This document shows, one piece after another, positions 36,200 to 41,679 of a stretch of 41,679 nt of DNA. The position numbers were made by a program, and so were the translations under genes. Position 1 is the first letter of the stretch. Every line of letters starts with the position of its first letter. The stretch lies in the NCBI GenBank assembly GCA_050258305.1, contig JBLMYN010000552.1, positions 1-41,679 of the forward strand, in the 5' to 3' direction. The stretch comes from Actinomycetota bacterium. GTDB lineage: Bacteria; Acidobacteriota; Terriglobia; Terriglobales; Acidobacteriaceae. The notes under the pieces were generated by a model. The model was given only the letters and a program-made list of their open reading frames with translations. It had not been told where the DNA came from and did not search any database.

Positions 36200-36253
36200 T
36201 CACATGGGATCGCAACTTGAGCGTGCTTCTGGCCAAGAGGTCATCTCACATCG
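36161..36253 (-). ncRNA. Candidate small RNA between an orphan promoter and the terminator
   Basis: About 90 nt between the promoter-like element (36260-36288) and the terminator. The only reading frame is a 14-codon ATG ORF. It could instead be the 3' UTR of the CDF gene. Confidence 0.3.
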
Positions 36254-36259
36254 TTAAGA

Positions 36260-36288
36260 AATATAGCTCTTTATTATTAAATTTACAA
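36260..36288 (-). promoter_or_regulatory. Sigma-70-like promoter candidate
   Basis: Minus strand reads TTGTAA-N17-TATATT, inside a 40-nt AT-rich island that stands out from the GC-rich surroundings. Confidence 0.35.
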
Positions 36289-36321
36289 ATCCGAAGAGCG
36301 CAAGAACTGTTCTTTATCAAT

Positions 36322-37752
36322 TCAGCGGCGATTGTCCGTCATTGGTTCGGGATGGATCAAGACCTTAAACAATTCGGGTGCGGCCTGTTTGAAGCGAATC
36401 TCTAATTCCGTGGAGACATCGTGTACTTCGGAAAGCGAGAGGTCGTCGGCCATGGTGCAATGGCAGGACATATAAACCCTGCCGCGCACGCGTTTAATCT
36501 CAACCTCATGCATATCAACTATTTCCGGGAATTGTTTAACGATTGGCTTGAGTTTTTGTTCGAGCACGGCGTCTCGATGCACAATGTTGCCCGTCTCGAT
36601 AGTGGATGGTTCGCTTTCGATGTGCGTCAGTATGGTTGAGATTTCCGGGACTTCGTTGCGAATCTCGGACTCAACACGTGTGACCACATCATGGGCCTGC
36701 TTGAGGCTGAGAGTTTCATCCAGTTCCAGGTGCAGTTCCACGTGAAGATTTCCCCCGAGGTCCTGCACGCTAACGTCGTGCACATTGTAGTTGTTGCGTG
36801 ACGCAGTGGCGCGAATGCGGTCAAAGATGCTTTCCCGTCCGGTTTCGCGAGGCACCGAGTGGACCACAACATCACAATCGGGAAGGATGCGATGGACTGC
36901 GGAAGTAATTTCCAGCACTACCTGCTCTGCGCGCTGGAAGGTTACGTTACGGGCGAGGCCCACGTTCAGGTCGGCGAAATAGCGGTTTCCGGCGCGCCGT
37001 ATACGGACTCGCTCTACCTCGAGAACGCCGTTGATCCCGAGTGCGGCATCAATGATGTGGTTGCGCAGTCCGGCTGGCGCAGCGTCCAGCAAAGCGTCAA
37101 TCGTCTGACGCGCCAGCCGCGAACTGACATACACAATCACGCCTGAGACCACCAGGGCCGCAATGGGATCGGCTTTAATCAGCCAGGATACGTGCCAGTG
37201 CTCTCCGGCCCAGACCAGGGCCAGGCCAAACACAACCACGCCGCTTGAGAAAATATCGGTGCTGAAATGAAGGGCATCAGCCTCAAGCGCCTGGCTGTCA
37301 TACTTCACGGCGATGCGCTTCAGCTTGTGGGAGCGCCACCAGTCCACCGCCATGGAGGCGAACAACACGGCAAAGGCCCAACTGGAAGGCTGAATATGAA
37401 CGTGGTAGCCGGCAAGGCGCCTGACCGCTTCCCAGACGATCCATATGCAGGTCAGCAGCAGCAGGCCCGTTTCAATGAACGCGGAAAAATTCTCGACCTT
37501 TCCGTGCCCATATTGATGCTCGGCGTCTGCCGGCTTATCTGAGACTCGTACGGAAATCAGGGTGATGAAGGCCGCAATCAGGTCCAGCCCGGAGTGCGCC
37601 GCCTCAGAGAGGATGCCAAGGCTCATGGTGGTAATGCCCACGACGATCTTGAGCGCCGTGATGGCAACCGCGGCAACCACGGAGTTCAACGCCACCATGC
37701 GCTTTTCCGCGCGCATGCTTTCCAGTACGGGATTGAGCTCTGTAGTGGACAT
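36322..37752 (-). CDS. Cation diffusion facilitator (CDF) family metal efflux transporter with extended cytoplasmic tail
   Basis: Six TM helices with the CDF metal site motifs (EAAHSGLD, HFSTDIFSS). Three consecutive ZT_dimer-like alpha-beta modules follow. 476 aa, compared with about 300 aa for typical members. Confidence 0.9.
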   Translation of the reverse strand: MSTTELNPVLESMRAEKRMVALNSVVAAVAITALKIVVGITTMSLGILSEAAHSGLDLIAAFITLISVRVSDKPADAEHQYGHGKVENFSAFIETGLLLLTCIWIVWEAVRRLAGYHVHIQPSSWAFAVLFASMAVDWWRSHKLKRIAVKYDSQALEADALHFSTDIFSSGVVVFGLALVWAGEHWHVSWLIKADPIAALVVSGVIVYVSSRLARQTIDALLDAAPAGLRNHIIDAALGINGVLEVERVRIRRAGNRYFADLNVGLARNVTFQRAEQVVLEITSAVHRILPDCDVVVHSVPRETGRESIFDRIRATASRNNYNVHDVSVQDLGGNLHVELHLELDETLSLKQAHDVVTRVESEIRNEVPEISTILTHIESEPSTIETGNIVHRDAVLEQKLKPIVKQFPEIVDMHEVEIKRVRGRVYMSCHCTMADDLSLSEVHDVSTELEIRFKQAAPELFKVLIHPEPMTDNRR

Positions 37753-37859
37753 TCAGGCTCATTGTCTCAAGATTTGCAAGGGCATTCCACTAGGAAGCAA
37801 TGCAGTGACGGTCATTCATTTCCCTTTCGGGACGGAGACGGGTCCGGCGTCTTGCCGCC

Positions 37860-38939
37860 TCAGGAGCGCAAGCGCTTCAGGTCTCTTCGGGCTTCTTTGA
37901 GATCGGGATTCATGCGAACAGCTTGTTCGATTTCATGGACGGCATCGGTTTTCCTGCCCTGCCGTTCCAATGCCTGCCCCAAACGCCAGTGAGCTTCTCC
38001 GAGAGTCGGGCTCTCTCCTTCCGGTTCCTGTGTCAGATACTTGCGCAGGTACTGTTCCGCGAGGGCCGGGTTTTTGCCGGCCACGAGCAGACGCTGTCCG
38101 GCATAGAAGTACGGCGCAAAGTCATCCGGGACTTCAGCTTCGGAGCGAGCGAGTAAAACCGCGAGTTTATCGAGTTCGCCCAATCCTGCGTAGCTCTGCG
38201 CCAGCAATGAATAGCCGCGCACTCGCGCCGGGTCAACGGCAATGGCCCTGGCGGCGAATTCGGAGGCGGTGCGGTAATTGAGCCAGCGGTCGCTGAGGTA
38301 GAGGCGGGCCGCGCCAATCAGCGCGTCGTAAGAACGTGGATTCTGCTCAACAGCCTCCAGTTGGAACCGCTTTTGCTCGGCATAGCGCTTTTCATGCGCG
38401 GCGATGGTGGATCGGGCAAAAGCGCCGCGCACAGGATCAAGCGCGGTAATTCGCTCCGCAAGCTCTGAGGCTTTCCCTTTATTGCCGCCGACAATCCCTG
38501 GCGCATCAATATGGAATTCCATGAGTGATTCAAGAGCATCCAGGTTCTTTGGATCAAAGGCAACCGCGCGCTCTGCCTCCTTCCTGATGGTTCTGGCCAT
38601 TCCCAGCTTGTCGAAGACGCCTGCGTGTTGGATCTTCTGGCCGTACGCCTCGGCCAGATACACATGGGCATCGGAATTGGAAGGTTCAAGTTCGACAGCC
38701 TCGCGAAGCAGCTTGAGCGCGCCTTCGTGCTTCTGGTATGCAAGGTCGATGCGCGCACGAAGCACCAGGGCATCCGCATCATTTGGATTCTGGCGCAACT
38801 GCCGGTCCAGAAGACTACGAGCCTGTTTGAAATGGCCATCGTGAATCAAGGCGGCCGGATTTGCATCAGCGGCAAGCAGCGCCGGAGAAGATAGGAGAGT
38901 CAAAAGCAGCACAATTGCTGTACGCCGGATTATGTGCAT
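37860..38939 (-). CDS. Secreted TPR-repeat protein
   Basis: The start is placed at MHIIRRTAIVLLLTLLSSPALLAADA, a signal peptide. Multiple TPR units follow (e.g. AEAYGQK..., GQALERQGRKTDAVHEIEQAVRMNPD). Confidence 0.8.
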   Translation of the reverse strand: MHIIRRTAIVLLLTLLSSPALLAADANPAALIHDGHFKQARSLLDRQLRQNPNDADALVLRARIDLAYQKHEGALKLLREAVELEPSNSDAHVYLAEAYGQKIQHAGVFDKLGMARTIRKEAERAVAFDPKNLDALESLMEFHIDAPGIVGGNKGKASELAERITALDPVRGAFARSTIAAHEKRYAEQKRFQLEAVEQNPRSYDALIGAARLYLSDRWLNYRTASEFAARAIAVDPARVRGYSLLAQSYAGLGELDKLAVLLARSEAEVPDDFAPYFYAGQRLLVAGKNPALAEQYLRKYLTQEPEGESPTLGEAHWRLGQALERQGRKTDAVHEIEQAVRMNPDLKEARRDLKRLRS

Positions 38940-39097
38940 ACAGCTTAGATAAAGTGTGCGCCGCGTTTGTTTCAAAAATCCACTGTGACATATCTGCGAC
39001 CCTGGCGGCGAAAAAGGCCGGGATCGCATCCACGGTCGAGAAATCCAGGCCCCAGCACTTGCATTTGTCGCGGCACAGCAATTATTGTCAAAGAGAG

Positions 39098-39988
39098 ATG
39101 TTGAGCTCTTCTGCAAGGACTACATTCAGGATTTTCCTCTTCGCTGCAACCATCGCACTCATTAGTGGCTGTTCACACCAGACGGAAAAAAGATACTCGC
39201 TAAGCGGGACTGTCATCTCTATCGACAGCGCGCGAGGCGATCTCACGGTGAGCCATGATGCCGTCGCCGGGTTGATGCCGGCCATGACCATGGAATATGC
39301 GGTGAAGGATCCATCGGATCTGAAGCAGGTTCATCTGTACGACAAAATCAGCGCGAACCTCGTCATCTCCGGCGACCATTCACGGCTTGAAAACATACGA
39401 GTGACGGCCAGAGGTCCGGCTCAGCCGGACGAACCGGTGGCCGCGAATGCCTCCTTCCACATGCCGGAGCCGGGCGAGCATGTGCCGGCATTCAAGCTGA
39501 TGGACGAGCATGGGCGTACATTCAGCCTGGCTGATTTGCGAGGACATCCGCTTGCTATCACATTCATCTACTCGCGCTGTCCGCTGCCCGATTACTGCCC
39601 GCGCATGAACCACAATTTTGCGGAACTGTTGAAGAGCCAGAGCAGCAATGAAAGCGCGCGAGACTTGCGGCTGCTCACCATCAGCTTTGACCCGGAGCAC
39701 GATACCCCGAGCGTTCTGCGCCTGATGCACGCGCAATGGGACCACGGTGCAGATGCAAATCACTGGACTTTTGCCGTGGTTCCGAAGAGATCTTTGGCAG
39801 AGACTCTGCACTGGTTCGGACTGACGGCTCTGCCCGAACAGGGCGTGATCACTCATTCATTGAGTACCACGCTGGTTGCGCCGGACGGTAAAGTGATCGA
39901 GTGGTGGCACGGAAATTCATGGACACCACAGGACCTTATGGCAGCGTGGTCACATTATCCCGAGATGAAAGTCGCGTCGAAGCACTAG
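39098..39988 (+). CDS. Lipoprotein fusing a CusF-like Cu(I)-binding domain to an SCO1/SenC thioredoxin-fold domain
   Basis: Lipobox LISGC. CusF-like segment GTVISIDSARGDLTVSHDAVAGLMPAMTMEYAV. SCO-like segment HPLAITFIYSRCPLPDYCPRM...LLTISFDPEHDTP...HSLSTTLVAPDG. The start is placed at MLSSSARTT (39098). Confidence 0.85.
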   Translation: MLSSSARTTFRIFLFAATIALISGCSHQTEKRYSLSGTVISIDSARGDLTVSHDAVAGLMPAMTMEYAVKDPSDLKQVHLYDKISANLVISGDHSRLENIRVTARGPAQPDEPVAANASFHMPEPGEHVPAFKLMDEHGRTFSLADLRGHPLAITFIYSRCPLPDYCPRMNHNFAELLKSQSSNESARDLRLLTISFDPEHDTPSVLRLMHAQWDHGADANHWTFAVVPKRSLAETLHWFGLTALPEQGVITHSLSTTLVAPDGKVIEWWHGNSWTPQDLMAAWSHYPEMKVASKH

Positions 39989-39991
39989 AAG

Positions 39992-40207
39992 TCAGCGTTG
40001 CCCCCAGCGTCCTGGCAGGTCCCAGCATTGCTGGTGAATACAGAGGCTGTCATGGCCTCCCACTTCAAGCGAGACCTCGGTTTGCGTGTGGTCCATGTAG
40101 CCGTAGATGCTGAGCGCGATTGTGGCTGCCAGCAACATGGCAAGGCTGGCAGCAATGCTGAGAATTGCATTGAGATTGATCGTGTTGTCCGTATGCTTCG
40201 GTTCCAT
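39992..40207 (-). CDS. Possible small membrane protein
   Basis: 71 aa from MEPKHTD, with AAGGGG 8 nt upstream and one TM helix (ILSIAASLAMLLAATIALSIYGY). No homology recognised. Confidence 0.3.
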   Translation of the reverse strand: MEPKHTDNTINLNAILSIAASLAMLLAATIALSIYGYMDHTQTEVSLEVGGHDSLCIHQQCWDLPGRWGQR

Positions 40208-40556
40208 GTTTAAACCCCTTGCTGCCTGCATCTACGCAGGCACGCGTTATCGGCCTGGCTGCCGCGTTTCCATCACGTTGCGGTAAAAATCAGTAGGTTT
40301 TTCAGCACTGGTAGCCTGCTCTAAAAGCAGCGGCCTTGTAAGAATGGATGGAGGATTACACCGGGTCTGTTGCCCTCTCATTGATGATCAACGCAGCGAA
40401 CCGGCGGAAAGTGATGGGTCTGGGATCCAGACACAAGGAGGAGGAAAGCCAGGTTGGCGTTGGTGAACCTGGTATTCTGCGCGGGTCTGCGCAGCTTGAG
40501 GGAAACACCACGCCGGCCTTCCCTGGACCCGCGGCTGAGCGCTGCTCTTCGCTAGT

Positions 40557-41420
40557 CTAGTCAGCCAAATAGCTGATTTCCGTCCGGCGAATCTGCAGGC
40601 ACGCACAAACGAGGACAGCGCTGGACAGCAGGATGAGTCCTGTTACCGCAACCGGGGCCGGAACGGGTTCTGCCACAACCGTGAACAATGCCATGATGCC
40701 GGTTGGGGCCACGGAGACCGGGCATAGTTGCTTGAGATAAAAAATCACGCTGAACTTTTGCAGCAATGATGGAAGCACAGCGTGAAAAGTTTCCCACAAC
40801 AGAACCGCGGCTCCGGGGAGGATCGGATTTTTAAACGCCAGGCTTAGCGCAAGAAAGACGGAGCCGTAGCCCAAACACGCCAGCAGCGTCACTCCAAGGT
40901 AAGCGAGCAGATGTCCGAACCCAGGGCCATGAAAAACAAAATCTGCGCCTGCCCGGCCGAAGTGGCCGTACATCAGTGCAAAAGCCAGCAAGACAGAGCC
41001 GCCGAAAATGATGGACGAGCCCGCCAACCCGGCAAGAAACTTCCCTGCCGCAAGCACCTCGCGCCGAACCGGCGAGAGGAGGTAGTAATGCAGGCTCTTT
41101 TCCACGACGTCGCCACGGAACAGCCAGGTGAAAAGGCCCATGCAGCCGAAGAAGATCACGCCGCGCAAATAGAAAATCTGGAAGATGGTGGCAAGAATGT
41201 TCGTATCTTCGCTGATGCTGCAATAGCGGCCAAAGGGGCTGTTCAGCGCGTGAAGGCCGATGACAGCCACAGGTCCCAGGGCGATGAGGTAAATCCAGAC
41301 GCTGCGGCGCATCCAAAGCGCCTTTTTGAGCTCGATGCGCACAATCGCCCAGATTTGCGACATCCACAACTGGCTCGATTCGGCGAACGAGCCTTTGCTC
41401 AGATCAGCCGCAGGGCTCAT
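40557..41420 (-). CDS. ABC-2 type transporter permease
   Basis: Six-TM integral membrane protein of 287 aa. Its start overlaps the stop of the upstream ATPase-like gene in an ATGA junction. Confidence 0.75.
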   Translation of the reverse strand: MSPAADLSKGSFAESSQLWMSQIWAIVRIELKKALWMRRSVWIYLIALGPVAVIGLHALNSPFGRYCSISEDTNILATIFQIFYLRGVIFFGCMGLFTWLFRGDVVEKSLHYYLLSPVRREVLAAGKFLAGLAGSSIIFGGSVLLAFALMYGHFGRAGADFVFHGPGFGHLLAYLGVTLLACLGYGSVFLALSLAFKNPILPGAAVLLWETFHAVLPSLLQKFSVIFYLKQLCPVSVAPTGIMALFTVVAEPVPAPVAVTGLILLSSAVLVCACLQIRRTEISYLAD

Positions 41421-41679
41421 ACGGTTCCTCCACCGCCGCCAATCAGGTATTGATAGACGGAGTTCACATCGTCATCTGCCGGGGCCACCGCCTGAAGATC
41501 AATCTGTTCTTCCACGATCACCTTGTTCAGCAGCAGGTAAAACTGTTCCGCGTCGCGTGTTCGCACCAGCACGCCGCGGCCATCCTGGTTGAGCTTGGCT
41601 TCTACCACGTGGTCCTGTGAAAAGAGCCGCGAAGCCAGCAGGTTCGGCGCTGTGCAGCGGACAAGGATCTGCATGGGAT
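41417..41679 (-). CDS. ABC transporter ATP-binding protein, C-terminal part only (runs off the window)
   Basis: The frame is open to the window edge. Only the non-catalytic C-terminal domain is visible (...VLVRTRDAEQFYLLLNKVIVEEQIDLQAV...). The identity is assigned mainly from coupling to the ABC-2 permease. Confidence 0.55.
   Translation of the reverse strand, partial: PMQILVRCTAPNLLASRLFSQDHVVEAKLNQDGRGVLVRTRDAEQFYLLLNKVIVEEQIDLQAVAPADDDVNSVYQYLIGGGGGTV

Noticed and set aside
38861-39116. Mutually overlapping N-terminal extensions of the SCO (plus) and TPR (minus) track ORFs
   Set aside because: Both proteins have obvious signal or lipoprotein peptides starting at internal Met codons (39098 and 38939). 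The extensions overlap each other in the divergent promoter region.
40348-40560. 70-aa plus-strand ORF, and a possible 33-codon TTG ORF after an AAGGAGGAGG motif, in the 40232-40556 gap
   Set aside because: The translation is unremarkable with no homology recognised, and the ORF overlaps the hairpin-rich segment. The SD-like motif may be coincidental. I kept the region only as a structured non-coding region of interest.
1-41679. Scan for CRISPR arrays, tRNA/rRNA genes, transposases, integrases or phage-like genes
   Set aside because: There are no regularly spaced repeats, no cloverleaf-like or rRNA-like segments in the intergenic gaps, and no ORF with transposase or integrase motifs. The window looks like core chromosome rather than a mobile island.

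Overview
GC-rich bacterial chromosomal window. The two tandem ADOP-type duplicated FtsX permeases and the overall gene content point to Acidobacteriota. Positions 123-18004 form one co-directional minus-strand block: a giant LptC/LptA-like protein, lptB, rpoN, hpf, an RDD protein, recJ, an NtrC-type two-component system, a MacB/LolD-type ATPase, two ADOP permeases and a HEAT protein. The rest holds a beta-CASP MBL nuclease, a WecA/MraY-family transferase, BON proteins, a DHH phosphoesterase, a four-gene minor-pseudopilin operon ending in a 934-aa GspK/PilX-like protein, a redox operon, an ECF sigma module, a CDF transporter, a TPR protein, a CusF-SCO lipoprotein and an ABC-2 transporter. No rRNA, tRNA, CRISPR array or transposase was recognised. 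The strongest find is in a gap of the ORF track (31840-32079, minus strand). It is a 79-codon glutaredoxin-like gene whose CxxC motif reads U-P-P-C, with an in-frame TGA at the first cysteine position. This is a likely unannotated selenoprotein between OsmC and a DMT transporter. Other notable points are a sensor kinase split by one in-frame TAA, a GAFTDA variant in the sigma-54 activator, a CDF transporter with three tandem cytoplasmic domains, and an orphan promoter/terminator pair that may encode a small RNA.
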